The notes: a model not told the origin generated them from the letters alone. Counted from the stretch's first letter, positions 1 to 12,490 are shown. The stretch is DNA of 64,000 bases from Lama guanicoe (GCA_013239625.1 MU053652.1:9002077-9066076), one strand, 5' to 3'. Numbers and translations: made by a program.

Positions 1-32
1 AATCATAGGATTAAATAGTATTGGGGTCAATT

Positions 33-78
33 TTTTTAAAACATTTTTATTGATTTATAATCATTTTACAATGTTGTG
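33..78 (-). mobile_element. Extremely 5'-truncated young L1 3' end (46 bp) with 16-bp TSD
   Basis: AGTATTGGGGTCAATT at 17-32 and 79-94 flanks a T-tract plus TTTATTGATTTATAATCATTTTACAATGTTGTG, the same tail as the copy at 54270-54462. Confidence 0.85.
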
Positions 79-94
79 AGTATTGGGGTCAATT

Positions 95-1200
95 GAGTAG
101 TCATTAAGAAAAATAAATATGGGTCCATGCCTCCCACTTGAATCAAGGTAAATTGCAAAAAGATAAAGATATACTGAAAAAAGGGTAACCATAAAGGTCA
201 TAGAAGAAATTGTGGACTATTTTTTAATACTCACATAATGAGGATACCATGTATGGCAACAAACCTAGAATATATTAAAAAGATATTGATAAACCAACCT
301 CATAAAAATGAAAAAAAAACATTCCTATCTAAAAAAAATTAAGGAAAAGAAAAATGATAAACTAGGAAAAATGTTTGCAATTAATCAGACAAACATGGGA
401 CAAAAATCCTTACTACATGAAGAAGAGTTCCTCACATATTTGATATAAAAATGTTCACAGAAATAGTTCATAAAAAAGAAAGTACAAATGTTTGCTAAAT
501 ATCAGACATTCCACATCACTTTTATTAAGAGAATTGTAGATTAAAACTTCAGTGAAGGAATTTTCACCTATTTGATAAGCAAAAAATTCAGTTGGTGAGG
601 TTTTGGTTGAAAATAGGCGTTCATCCGTTGCTGGTGGTAGTTTCAACTGATACATTTGTGGAGAGTAATTTGGAAATACTCAAATTATAGGTTACACATC
701 TCATTTGACACCACAATTCTACTCCTAGGAATTTATCTCACATGCAGGAAATACTATATAATTTAATTCAGCATAATTTGCAATAGTAAAGACTAGAAAC
801 AGCCTATATACCCATCTCTAGGTCTTGGTTAAATTCACTGTATTACAGTCATATAATAGAACCAGATAATCATTAAAAAATGAGAAAGTGCTTTAGAATG
901 TGGATGGAATTATCTTCAAGATAGTTCTTACAAAGTTAAGTTAAAAAAAAGAGAACTAACTAGGTTGCTTTAAGCAGTGTAGCAGTATATTATTACTGTG
1001 TGGAAAAAAAAAAGTCTTCTGCTTGTTAATGCACACAATCTTCCTGGCAGGATATAGAAGAAACAGCTAACTTTGGTTACCCAGTCAGTGAACTGGCTGA
1101 CTGGAAGCGTGGGAAAGTGGAGAGAGGAAGGAGGGGAGACTTCACTGTATCTCCTTTGGAACCAAAATGATACTGCGTACTCTTTTGAATTGTGAATCAG
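95..1200 (+). mobile_element. Old LINE-1 (L1ME-like) ORF2 end/3'UTR remnant
   Basis: A-rich, with degenerate L1 motifs such as TTTGACACCACAATTCTACTCCTAGGAATTTATC. Confidence 0.7.
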
Positions 1201-1381
1201 TGTATGTGTGTGCCAGATGCTATTACTAGCCAACAATTAGTCATCTTCCTTTCTTCCATGCTGGAAGAGACCTGATTTGGTTCAGATGTTCACATTCTGA
1301 CTTGTAACTCACATATATTTTGCTTAATTTATGCCTATCATTGTGTTCTGTTTTCCTTGTCAGGGATTTGTTGAGAATGGG

Positions 1382-1584
1382 CAGTGTTGTATTGGTAAGT
1401 ATTTAACAAGTGGCTCTTAAAAAAAAAAAAAGTCCTGATTTGTAGCGCTCAGCAATTTCTGTGGTGTAAATACTCCCTCTGTGGCCAATTCAAGCTCCAA
1501 AGTGACAACCACTGTCTCGCAAAATTCCTGAAATTTAACAATTGACTCTTGCAAGCTGGTATCAGCCGGCTTCAATACACCATG
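1382..1584 (-). mobile_element. MER63-like hAT DNA transposon
   Basis: Imperfect TIRs CAGTGTTGTATTGG / TCAATACACCATG; reverse complement matches the recalled MER63 start (GAGCCGGCT...TTGTTAAATTTCAGGAATTTTGCGA). Confidence 0.7.
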
Positions 1585-1699
1585 ATCCTGCCAATGAGAA
1601 ATGAGGGAAATTCTTCTGAAAAGTACTTGCAGAATGGATTCATTGCTCATACAAAAGAGACTCAGAAGAATAAAACAATAGTTTTTCTTTGGGTATTTT

Positions 1700-3790
1700 T
1701 TTTCCCTAGATTTTTTTATTATGAAACAACATTTAGCAAAGATGAAAGATTTTTACAATAAACACACAAACTCATCACCAAGATTCTATTGTTAATATTT
1801 GACTATATTTAGTTTATCACATATCTATCCATGTATAATTCCATCAACCCATCTTATTTTTTAATGCACTTCAAACTAAATAATAGACATTTGTACTCTT
1901 GTCATCAGATACTTCAGCATGTATAATATTAACTAGCATTCACCCTATATTTACAGCTTTTCTTTTGAAGTAAAATTTTTAAATGAAATGTAAAAGTCTT
2001 AAGTGATAAATGCACACACTTGTGTAACTCAAATCTCCAACATACATTGCCATCACTCCAGAAAGTTCCCTCATTCCCCTTCCAAGTCGATACTCTACCT
2101 CTTCCCCAAGCGGCAACAATTGTTCTGGCTTTTCTCTATCACAGATCAATTTTTCTTATTCTAGAATTTTATTTAAATAGAATTGTACATCCATGTTCTA
2201 TCTTGAGTAAGACTTTCTGCGTTCAGCATACAGTTTTTAAGATTCACCCCTGTTGTTGCATACACTGGCAGTTTCTTCATTTTAATGGCGTGGTAGTATT
2301 TCATTGTATGGATATACCACAGATATGCATTCTTCTATGAATGGACATCTGGTGTTTTTCCTCTTTTCAACTATTTTGAGTAAAGCTAATATAAACATTT
2401 TATACAAGGATTTTTGTAGAAACTTGTTTTTATTTCTTTTGTGTAACCACCTAGAAGTAGGGTAGTTGGGTTATGAGGAATGCATATTTTTAATTTTATA
2501 AGAAAGTTTTCCAGAGTGGTTGTAACATATTATACTCTACAAAAAAAATTATGCAAGTCCTTGTTAGTCCATATTTGTGGTGGGCATATAATGGTATTTT
2601 ATTTACTTGATGACCAATAACATTGAGCACCTTTTCATGTGCTTATTAGCCATTCATACATTCTTTTTTATGAAGTATTTATTGAAATATTTTACATATT
2701 TGAGTTGCTCATCTTTATATTATTAATTTGTAGGAGTTACTTACATATCCTCTATACCAGTTCTTTATCAGAAATATGTTTTGCAAATATTTTTTCCCAG
2801 TCTGAAGCTTCCAAATCCATTTTCTTAATGGTTACTTTTGATAAGAAGTTTTTAATTTTGATAAAATTTAATTTATCAATATTTTTCTTTTATTCATTCT
2901 CTCTAGGAAACTTATTTTTACTCCAAGGTCACTAAGGATTTCCCTTGTTTCCTTTAAAATTATTATTGTTTCCTTTTGTGTTTAGGTCTATAATGTATCT
3001 TGATTTAATTTTGAAGTATGATATGAAGTAAGGGTTGAGAATCATTTCTTTTCCATATACATATCCAGTTTCCTCATACCTATTTGTCAAAATGCTATTC
3101 ATTTTTCACTGGATTAGGTGCCTTTGTTGAGAATATAATAACCATACTATTGAGGATCTGTTTCTGGAGTCAGTATGCTGTTTCATTGATTTATATGTCT
3201 ATCTTTATTCAGTAAATTATCTTGATTACTGTAGCTTTATAGTAAGTCTTTATTATTACTTTTCAAAGATTGTTTTCAATATTCCAGACAGTTTGGATTT
3301 CTATACACATTTGAGAATCACTCTATACAAAATCCTCCTGGAATTGTGATTGTAATCATCATGAATCCTAAATAAATTTAGTGAGAACTGACATTTAAAC
3401 AATATTGTCTTCCAGTCCATGAATATGACTTACCTCTTCATTTATTTAGGCATTCTTTAATTTCTCAGATAAATGGTTTATAGTTTTCTGTGTAGAGGTC
3501 TAACACATATTTCATTGAATTTATTCCTGTTTTTTGATCTTCTTGTAGATTGAATTATATCCAGATTTAATTTCCTTATTGTTTACTTTTAGTTTATAAA
3601 AGCACAGTGAAGTTTTATACATTCACCTCATATACTGTGACCTTGCTAAATTTATTAGCTTGTGTGGTGGGTTAGTAGATTCCTTGGAGTTTTCTAGGTA
3701 AACAATTATGTTACCTGCAAATAAAACCAGTTTTTCTCCTTTCTTTCCTATCCTTGTGATGTTTCTTTTCCCTTCCCTTATTACAATGCC
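1700..3790 (-). mobile_element. Old LINE-1 fragments (L1M), antisense
   Basis: T-rich; motifs GTTTTCCAGAGTGGTTGTA, CTTGATTACTGTAGCTTTATAGTAAGTCTT, CCTTGCTAAATTTATTAG. Confidence 0.8.
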
Positions 3791-4274
3791 ATCCTCTTCT
3801 TTTGGATATTTTAGCATTTTTATTTGTTGCCTAGAACTTTAGCAGCTACCTTGTGACCACAAAGAGAGAAAACTTGAAAAAGATATGCTGAAGATGGTAG
3901 AGAATAAATCTGCAAGGAACCTACATCCTTAATGATGTCATCAAGCTGCTGAATCAATTACCTACTACAAATTTACTTCGAGAAGGCTAGTGATGGCAGG
4001 TATAAATCAATTTTGGAGGTAGGTTGAACATAAAGCTTAAAAATCAAGGAGTTTCTCTTGTATAGGACCTTCTAAGACCTGGAGAGCAGGGTTAAATTTG
4101 TAATTTTGCATTCTTTTGCATGAAAAGAGCCTCAAACTTTATATAAGCCTTCAAGTCTCATAATGCCTAAATCCGGGATACTCCCATTGTTTAAGCCATT
4201 TTGAGTTGTGATTTGAATTATTTTGAGCTGAGAATATCCTTAAAAAGAAAGAGAAGATATGGCATTTGTGTTAT

Positions 4275-4431
4275 TCAGCATCTTCTAAAACAAAATAAAT
4301 GCTGCCATTGCTTTGTTTTTCCCTCCTTTTTCCCAAATCTTGGGACCACCTGGCTGATATCATCGTCACAGTATTTACTTTCTGAATCAGAAAGCAGGGC
4401 CTCCCGGAATTTCAGAGCGTCAGCCTCTTTC
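4275..4431 (-). CDS. Candidate terminal coding exon (phase 2) of an unidentified minus-strand gene: KEADALKFREALLSDSESKYCDDDISQVVPRFGKKEGKTKQWQHLFCFRRC*
   Basis: Acceptor cactctcatttcttaag|G; open to TGA at 4275-4277; in frame with the micro-exons at 5627-5647 and 5990-6016. Confidence 0.4.
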
Positions 4432-4926
4432 CTTAAGAAATGAGAGTGGTGCTGTGTACTAATCAAGACTTGTGAGAACAACCCACAAAACTGGATCTGT
4501 ATATTTGAAAAGAAAAGGAATTTATTGATTGGAAATCATTTGGCTCACAGACCCAATTGCTCACAACTCGGATTACAGAGCTTTAACTGAACTCGGACAG
4601 AAACAAAGGGAGACGAGGTCCCGCCTATGGTGCTGCCACAGGCACCACTGCCGGGGGCGCTCGACCCCATCACAGCCGTGGGTCCTCGTGCTAACACCCC
4701 GCCGCAAAGACTCACGGCCAGAAAGACCACATCGGCCCCTCAGAGAATGGTGCCTGGAGGCTCACTCCACTTACCTGCCTGATCTTCCCCAGATTATAGA
4801 TTCAAGGCTCATTAAAAAGCCTTCAAAAATGAGTTACAAAAGATCTTTTCTCTATTCCCCCACAGTGGCACTCTATACAGGCTGGTAGAGTAGGTTGAAG
4901 GGTAGCATTTAAAGGAGGACCCCGAG

Positions 4927-4990
4927 GAGGGGATGTAAAGCTCAGTGCTAGAGATCATGCTGAACATGCACAAGGTCCCAGGTCCCAGTA
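4927..4990 (+). mobile_element. Degenerate tRNA-derived SINE (camelid Vic-1-like)
   Basis: GGGGATGTAAAGCTCAGTGCTAGAGATCATGCTGAACATGCACAAGGTCCCAGG resembles the other SINE copies in the window. Confidence 0.65.
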
Positions 4991-5626
4991 AAGGAGGACC
5001 TTGTGATGGAACACAATTTTTCTTTTTTTTCTATTTGGCTAACTAAAATGACCTCAGAATTTTCATTTGATTTAGCAGGGAACATTTTCTGAGCAAGGTT
5101 TCTTTAAGGGCATTAGAAATGACTTTTCTTTGTTCCAGGACGAGTTTAAAATAGATTACTAAAATATATACATATAATAAGAAAATAAAGTTTAAAGTCA
5201 ACCAGTGAGAAAATGAAGGCAGCGAAGATAAAATCAAGCCTGGATTAGGTTTAGTACATGAAACTGTGCTGCCAAATCTTGTTGGTTTCTTGGCACTGGG
5301 ACACAAATTTTGTTGTTTGCTTTCAGAAAGCAAACATGGAAAGGGAGAAATCATCAGTGGTGTGATTGGCTGTACCTACAGGAAGATTTGCTGGGAAGAA
5401 ATAGAACTGTGCTGGTAGCGAGACACGATAGGAGTTTCCACAGGTGGGGGTCTTCCTAGAGAGAAGACACTGAGAGGATGCAGTGAATTTCATCCTCAAA
5501 AAATGTCTTTTTAGTAAATATCCAACTCTTAAAAATTGTTTTGTATAGCTTTGCTCTGCCTGGGCTATTGGCAAAATGTCAAAATACAACCGAGAAGCCT
5601 AACAGTTGGAGCAGGAATGTACTTAC

Positions 5627-5647
5627 CTATTGGTCTGTTTGTTTTTC
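5627..5647 (-). CDS. Candidate 21-nt micro-exon (phase 2-2; KNKQTN)
   Basis: ctttatttttag|GAAAAACAAACAGACCAATAG|gtaagt; strong acceptor and consensus donor. Confidence 0.45.
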   Translation of the reverse strand, partial: EKQTDQ

Positions 5648-5989
5648 CTAAAAATAAAGATTCTACAGGTATTAGTTAGACTGTATTTCAGGTACTTTTT
5701 CATGGATACTGGGTTTCCCCTAACGAATATTTTTTTAAAACTTTTTTTGAGCATCAGTGAATTAAGATAATATCCTGTAATATCTATTGCTAATTAAATC
5801 AATGAGCAGTGTTTTAAAAATCAGTAGAGACGGTAGACAGAATTAAAATCCTCTTATGAAAATTGAGGAATCAGGCTAGGTAGTGTCCTGGAGTAGAGTG
5901 CTACCCCACAGTAGCACAGTCAAAGTCCGAGAGATATCTTTACACAGGGTCAAGATTCCCGTAAGACACAATTTTGACTTTACTCTTAC

Positions 5990-6016
5990 CTACAATGAGC
6001 CATCACATCTAATGTT
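5990..6016 (-). CDS. Candidate 27-nt micro-exon (phase 2-2; TLDVMAHC)
   Basis: ccctgtcctataacacag|AACATTAGATGTGATGGCTCATTGTAG|gtaaga; open only in phase 2. Confidence 0.4.
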   Translation of the reverse strand, partial: NIRCDGSL

Positions 6017-7065
6017 CTGTGTTATAGGACAGGGCTGCGATCAGTTTTGCCTGGAGGAATTTTGAGGCAGTTATAACCAAATATTCATCTCAATCGACAA
6101 AAAGAAAAACCTCAGGTTATCCTGTAACATCTAACATGGAACGATGTAACTGTTCTTCGATGAACTTTCCAAGAAAAACTCATTCTAAATATATAGCCAA
6201 GTAGGACAGTAAATTGATTATACTGTTAGTTCTGGGGGGAAACTGTTCATCCTCAAACTGTAACAAGTTTTTACAGTATGAGGGAGAGAAAACAAGTCCT
6301 TATTTTGCACAATACCTATTACCCAGCATGACCCTGGAGATTGGACGGGAACTTATTGAATTTGAGAGTCCATGTACCATGTCTTATAACCAATTCCTTT
6401 CCATAAATTTAAAACATGAAGAAATGTCAGTAAGATTCCTCCAAAACTTTTTAAACAGCTTTATTGAAATATAATTTACATGTTACACAAAGCACCCATT
6501 TAAAGTGCACAATCTGATTTTTAAGAGTAAATCCATGAGATACACAATCATTACTAAAACTGCTTAGAAACTTTTGTCCCCACAAAAGTAAACCCCACAG
6601 CTGCAAGTGGCCACTCCTTTTGTCTTCCACCTTTCAATCCCCAGTCACCTCTGCCCTGCTACACCTGGGGGAGACCTTTTTCCTGTAAGTGCGAGCTGCA
6701 CAGGGGAAGGTCAGCCTTCTTGGGCCCTGGAATTGAGTTTCTGCAGCATGGACCTGGGAGAAGGGGACGAGAAGCACAGACAGCTTGCACCTTCCAGGGA
6801 GAAACCGGAACCTTAGACTGCGAGAGGGGAGAGAGGTCATACCCGTCTTCTTCACTGCACCTGCCTGTGACCGTGCACTCAGGGGCCCAGGGTGGCCTTC
6901 TGTAACGTGGAGCTGAGGGTTGGGTGATAAAAGAATGGGCCATGGCCATGATTCAAATGCCACAGACTCTCACTATTATTACCAAGATTTGGTTAATTTT
7001 CTCGAATGAATGTTTCTTCACTTGCCACGTGCCCTTAAGAACAATTTCCAGAGAGTTTTTGTTTT

Positions 7066-7168
7066 TTTTAATGTATTTTTTCATTTTTTAATTTAAGTAT
7101 AGTTGATTCCCAATGTTGTGTTAGTTTCAGGTGTACAGCAAAGTGATTCAGACATACATACATATATA

Positions 7169-7206
<38 letters not shown>

Positions 7207-7580
7207 AATCTATTCTTTTTAAGATTCTTTTCCATCATAAACTATTACAAGATGTTGAATATAGTTTCCTATGCTATACAGTAGGCCTTGTTAGTTATTT
7301 ATTTTACTTATGTTAATCCCAAACTCCTAATTTGTCCCTCCTCTCCTTCCCTCTTTGGTAACTGTAAGTTTGCTGTCTAGGTCTGTGAGAGTATTTCTGT
7401 TATGGAATATTACTCAGCCATAAAAAGGAATGAAATAATGCCATTTGCAGCAACATGTATGGACCTAGAGATTGTCATACTAAGTGAAGTAAGTCAGACA
7501 GAGAAAGACAAATATCATATATCACTTATATGTGGACTCAAAAAAATGATACAAGTGAACTTATTTATAAAACAGAGACT
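7066..7580 (-). mobile_element. L1 3' end with 5' inversion (twin-priming structure)
   Basis: 7066-7401 is antisense L1 3'UTR with a T-tract; 7402-7580 is the adjacent upstream L1 segment in opposite orientation (MEYYSAIKRNEIMPFAATCMDLEIVILSEVSQTEKDKY = ORF2 C-terminus). Confidence 0.85.
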
Positions 7581-7799
7581 GAATGATCATTATATATATT
7601 ATGTATGTATATAGATGCATATATATAATTTAAGGTATACAATGTAGTAATTTAATAATATGTGTTATATACATATAATATACAATTTCTACCAGTTAAA
7701 TTGTTTCCTTGCTAGGGAGCAGGACTTCTCATATTCTGGAAGTTCCCAAACAATTTTTTTTTTGTCATTCATAAGATATTTCTCCAACAGGTCAAATGT

Positions 7800-8280
7800 G
7801 GAATAATCATGCCTAAATCTTCTGCCATGTCCTCTCTCACTTGCGCCCCAATCCCCACCCTCATATTCCCTTAGCTTCTTCAACACGAAGACAAACGTGA
7901 TAACACACCAAACAAACCCTTTCCCACCTCAGGCTTTTGCCTCTGCTGTTTGTTTTGATTGAACAATCACTCTTCCTTACAGAGACCCTCCATGAATCTC
8001 AGATTAAATATCAGTTCCTTGAGGAATGAAGTTTTCCTTGACTCACTAAGACTGCATCAGCAAATCCCTGGTTGTTCTTAGTTTCTCATAGCTTCTTATA
8101 ATTTTCCTTCCTAGCACTTATCACAGAGTGTAATGATGAGTTTCTGTGATTACTTGATTAACTTCTTCTTTCCCACTACACTGCAAGCAAGCTTCTGATG
8201 GCAAGGTTAAAGATATAGTGTCCATTTTAATACCTATCCCAGGGCATAGGATAAAGCTTTATGGAATCAATGAGTTAGTG
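7800..8280. mobile_element. L2 remnant
   Basis: CCACCTCAGGCTTTTGCCTCTGCTGTT...CCTAGCACTTATCACAG...CTTTCCCACTACACTGCAAG. Confidence 0.55.
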
Positions 8281-8744
8281 AATTCATACTATGTGAATAA
8301 TGTATACATATATACACATGATAACTGAACTGCTTTTCAGAGATCATTTCCACTCACATTCTCACCAGCATTGTGTGTAAATTCCCTTGCACCCTATCCA
8401 GCATCAAGTGAAAGCATACTCATAAAAATTGGGACTAAAATGACAGCATAAAAAGTGTTATAATGTGCTTTTCTTTGAGTGATAATGAGCCTGAATAGTT
8501 TTTGCATGTTCACTGACCACCTATGTATTCTTGTCATTGGTACATTGTCTGCTCATGTCCTTTGTCCATTTTTTTGGTCTCTTTTCAATTGAATTCCCAG
8601 ATTACAGGCATTCTGAATTGCTGGTTGTGGTTGAAAAATCAATGATCTGAAACTCCCCTATTGTGATCCTAGTTAGCAGAGTTCCCCTTTGGACTGTGCT
8701 CCTTAACTAGTCCTTTTTATGATTAGCAATTTTCTCAAATCCTG

Positions 8745-8888
8745 TTTTTTTAGTTGAAGTATAGGTGATTTACAATGTTGTGTTAGTTTCTGGTGTACAG
8801 CATAGTGATTCAGTTATAAATACTCTTTTTCATTATAGGTTATTACAAGCTGTTAAATATAGTTCCCCGTGCTATACAGTAGGACCTC
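8745..8888 (-). mobile_element. Short L1 3' end
   Basis: TTTTTAGTTGAAGTATAGGTGATTTACAATGTTGTGTTAGTTTCTGGTGTACAG...GCTATACAGTAGGACCT. Confidence 0.75.
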
Positions 8889-9184
8889 CTCAATACATTT
8901 CTCTGTGACTTTTTCACCCAAGTCATCGGCATTCTCAGAGCCCCACCTCGTTCCCCACTTAGACTACACTTTGCAGCGCATGATGTCAGCCACTTGCTTG
9001 CCAGCACTTTTAGCATCCTAATCTCCTATTTCTACTGCATCCTCATTTCAAGCCTCAATCTTGAGTCAATTCATATACCTGTTTTCTCTCTTACTGCACA
9101 CAATTTGCTAAAGTGCTGCTGGAGAAAACCACAAAACTGAATGGATTTATATCACTATATATGCCTGTTTTCAGCTTCGACTGG

Positions 9185-11120
9185 GGAGTTCCACCTCCCT
9201 GAAGGCAGAGTATCTATTTAAATTATTAGGAATTATGCTGAATGGGAGATTTGTCTTTTCTCCGTTCGTTTATTTATTTAATCATTTATGTATATCAGTA
9301 TGGACTGATGAATGTTTATTTTGTACTTTGGGCTATAATAAAATACTACTTTATTTTTTTGCTCAAATTGCTCCAGCTTTGGCCATTGGGAGCTCTTTCA
9401 CTTGGCTCCAGAGTTCCTTTGACATAATCCCAGCAACGGGCAGTGTGTATGTGTGTGTGTTTGTGCTTGAGTACTTCCTCACATGCTGGCACTGCAAGAT
9501 GTTCCAGGCTCATCCTGTACATTTCCCGCCCTAGTCCTAGAATTAATCATTTTCCTAAGGCTCCCTCATTCCTTTTATTGGAGATTGATTTTAGAAATCA
9601 AGATCCAGGCCCTAAGTATGCTCTTTTCTTCCAAGCTGTCATTGCCTTCAGGCCCTCTAAGCTGTCAGAGCAGGGACAGGTGTGTGTATACAAGCTTGTG
9701 TATATACACACACTTGTAAATATTTCTTTACGTATTTATATTAAGCTAAATATGAGTTCATACTGATATTTTGAACTTCAGTCAAAACCACATGGGTCAT
9801 TCTCTCCGTCTACTCTTTCTTATCTGTAATCTCTCACTCCATCAGTGAGAAATCTGGTTCCCACCATCCTCTATGGATTTATTTACTTGTTCAAGTATAG
9901 TGGCTTCTGAACTGGTGACCTGTGCACCTATGGGGAAAGGCTTCATCAGCTAGGGTACAGTGCTTGTGCACAGTTCCTTTTGTCATGTGGTGTCCACTTA
10001 CTTCCACCGTTCCTTAATCAGCATCTCATCCCATCCCACTCATTGAGGTTGATGTTGTACCGTATATTCTGCAATAGATTTAGGTCCTCTTGTTCCAGTC
10101 TGCTTTCCTTCCTGGGATTCCAAAATCTTCTAAGTGATATTTGAAAACTTGCACACCTTAAGGTTTATTCTTTGTGCTTATATAAAATTCCATGGTTTTG
10201 AAAAATGCGCAGTATTATATATCCACCATTATAGTACCATACAGAGTCATTTTACCACCCCCCCCAAAATCTCTTGTGCCACACCTATTCAACCCCCTTC
10301 CCCTTGAAACCCTGGCAAACACTTACTGGTTTCTAGTCCATAGATACAAACTACTCCTCCATTTCTTTAGATTTCTTTAATTTCTTTCATCAGTGTTTTA
10401 TAGTTTTCTACATATAGATTATATCTATATATCATGCTGGATTTATACCAAAGTGTATATATTTGTGGTGTTATTGTCAATAGCATTTTAAAAATTTCAA
10501 ATTGCAATTGTTCATTATTGGTATATAACATTTTTGTTTTTTACACATTGATCTGGTATCCTGCCATCCGGCTATATCAGCTTATTAGTTGCAGAAGTTC
10601 TTTGTAGATTTTGGGGGAATTTCCCTATAAACAGCCATGCCATCTGTCGCTAAAGATAGTTTTATTTCTTCCTTTCCAGTCTGTATACCTTTTTATTTCT
10701 TTTTCTTGTCTTAATGCATCAGCTAGAACTTCTAGAACAATGCTGAAGAGGAGTGAGAAAACAGGACATCATTGCCTTGCTCCCAGTTTTAGAGTAAAAT
10801 ATCCAGTTGGTCACCAGTAAATTTGATGTTAGCAGTAGATTTAGTGAAGATACTATTTATCAAATTGAGGACATTTTCCTCTGTTCCTAGCTGTTGCTCG
10901 TTTGTTGAGAGTTTTTTAATCACTAATGGGTGTCAAATGGACACTGTCAAATGCTTATTCTGCGTTAATTCACATGATCATTTGCTTTTTCTCTTTTAGG
11001 CTATTGATATAGTGGATTACATTAATTGATTTTTGAATACTGAATCAGCCTTAAATACTTGGAATAAGTCCCCCGTGACTGTGGTATATAATTCTTTCTA
11101 TACATTGTTGGATTGTGCAA
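9185..11120 (-). mobile_element. Old LINE-1 (L1MC-like), antisense
   Basis: GCTCAAATTGCTCCAGCTTTGGCCATTGGGAGCTCTTTC and further ORF2-antisense motifs to ~11120. Confidence 0.8.
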
Positions 11121-11984
11121 ATGTGAATAAAAAATATCTCCTGCCTTAAAAGATCTTATAGTCAATTAGAGGGAAATAAAGAGATAGACACACACTTAAC
11201 TATAATCCAAGGTGGAGCATAGTAAGTGATCTAAAAGAGGGGAAATCCTATAGGTTTTTTATGGAGGGAAAAATCATATCTAGTTTGGAGGCGTTAAGAG
11301 ACACTGCTATGTAAAATGTGGCTAATGTGGAATTAGAGTTTGAGAAAAGGGAGAAACCTTTGGATCATCTAATTCAAATCCTTCTCTTCTCTTAAAATGC
11401 GGCAGTGCGTAGTCTCTCTCTCCCTAAATAAGGAGATGAAATTAGATCTCCCTCCGTCCTTCTGTCAGTAAGCTTTCCTCTGCCTCATGCAGCCACCACT
11501 TAAACAGGTAACATATACATTGACTTTAAAGTAGCCTGTTCAGAAAAGAACATGGCTGTTCCTTTGAATTTCCTCATTCCTTTAATAAAAAGAAAACTGG
11601 AGGCACTAGGTGGGTATGGAATTGTCTAATTCTGCAATTGAGTAACTCCATCGTGCTCTTGTGCCTCAGACGCACAACGCCAAACAAAGAAAACCTAATC
11701 CCCATCTCCCCACCTGCTACAATCTGGACCACCCTGCTCCTCCCTGAGGGAGGCGATTCCCGGCTGATGCAGTTCTCTGCACTGACTTGCCTTTAACATG
11801 TAAGTTAGTTCTTTCTTCTAGACTTGAGCCAATTTTTTTTTCCCACAGAAAATTTACAGAGAAACTTAAGTTGAAGTTCACCTTTTTGTTCTTTGCAACT
11901 TAAAGAGGTAAAGTTCACTTTACCCTAAGGACCTTTTAAATAAGGAATTTGTAATGGCTTATTCCAAGAAAAGTACAATTTTTA

Positions 11985-12106
11985 TCTTTTTTTTAAACTT
12001 TTTTTTGGAGGGGTAGGTAATTAGGTTGGAGGAGGTACTGGGGATTGAACCCAGGACCTCGTGCATGTTAAGCATGCGTTCTACCACTTGAACTATACTC
12101 TCCCCC
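11985..12106 (-). mobile_element. tRNA-derived SINE (camelid Vic-1-like)
   Basis: Reverse complement GGGGGAGAGTATAGTTCAAGTGGTAGAACGCATGCTTAACATGCACGAGGTCCTGGGTTCAATCCCC with A/B boxes; imperfect TSD AAAA(A/G)GTACA(A)TTTTTA. Confidence 0.85.
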
Positions 12107-12154
12107 ATAAAAGGTACATTTTTAAAGGCTGTTCAAAACAAAAAAAGGCTTTAC

Positions 12155-12175
12155 CTTAGTTGGTTTATAGTATTG
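12155..12175 (-). CDS. Candidate 21-nt micro-exon (phase 2-2; NTINQL)
   Basis: ccccattttcag|CAATACTATAAACCAACTAAG|gtaaag. Confidence 0.3.
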
Positions 12176-12233
12176 CTGAAAATGGGGTTCCTTCTATCAT
12201 AGTCATGTGCAATAGTTGGGTTTTTCTATTCAC

Positions 12234-12254
12234 CTCATATAGAAATTAATTTTC
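12234..12254 (-). CDS. Candidate 21-nt micro-exon (phase 2-2; KINFYM)
   Basis: ataattatttcag|GAAAATTAATTTCTATATGAG|gtgaat. Confidence 0.3.
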
Positions 12255-12289
12255 CTGAAATAATTATAGTAACGAAGGTGATAACAATG

Positions 12290-12490
12290 ATAGTGTCTAA
12301 TATTTATATATAATCTTACAATGTGTCTAGTAATTTATTTAGATGATTTTGTTTAATCCCCTCAACCACCCCCAAGAATTAGGAATTGTTAATATCATCT
12401 CCATTTTGGAGAGGAGGTAATTTTGCCTTAGACGACAGAAGTAACTTGCCCACAGTGGCAGAGTTAGGAAGTAGCCAAGCCAATATTTCA
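12290..12490. mobile_element. MIR
   Basis: TTTAATCCCCTCAACCACCCC...ATCTCCATTTTGGAGAGGAGG...AAGTAACTTGCCCACAGT. Confidence 0.65.

Noticed and set aside
4529..4888. 119-aa + strand ORF
   Set aside because: Non-ATG start in LTR-like sequence; no recognisable homology or clear splice structure
7402..7614. ORF MEYYSAIKRNEIMPFAAT...
   Set aside because: L1 ORF2 C-terminus fragment, not a host gene
11985..12106. tRNA-like sequences here and at 4927, 27141 and 33750
   Set aside because: SINEs with tails and TSDs, not functional tRNA genes
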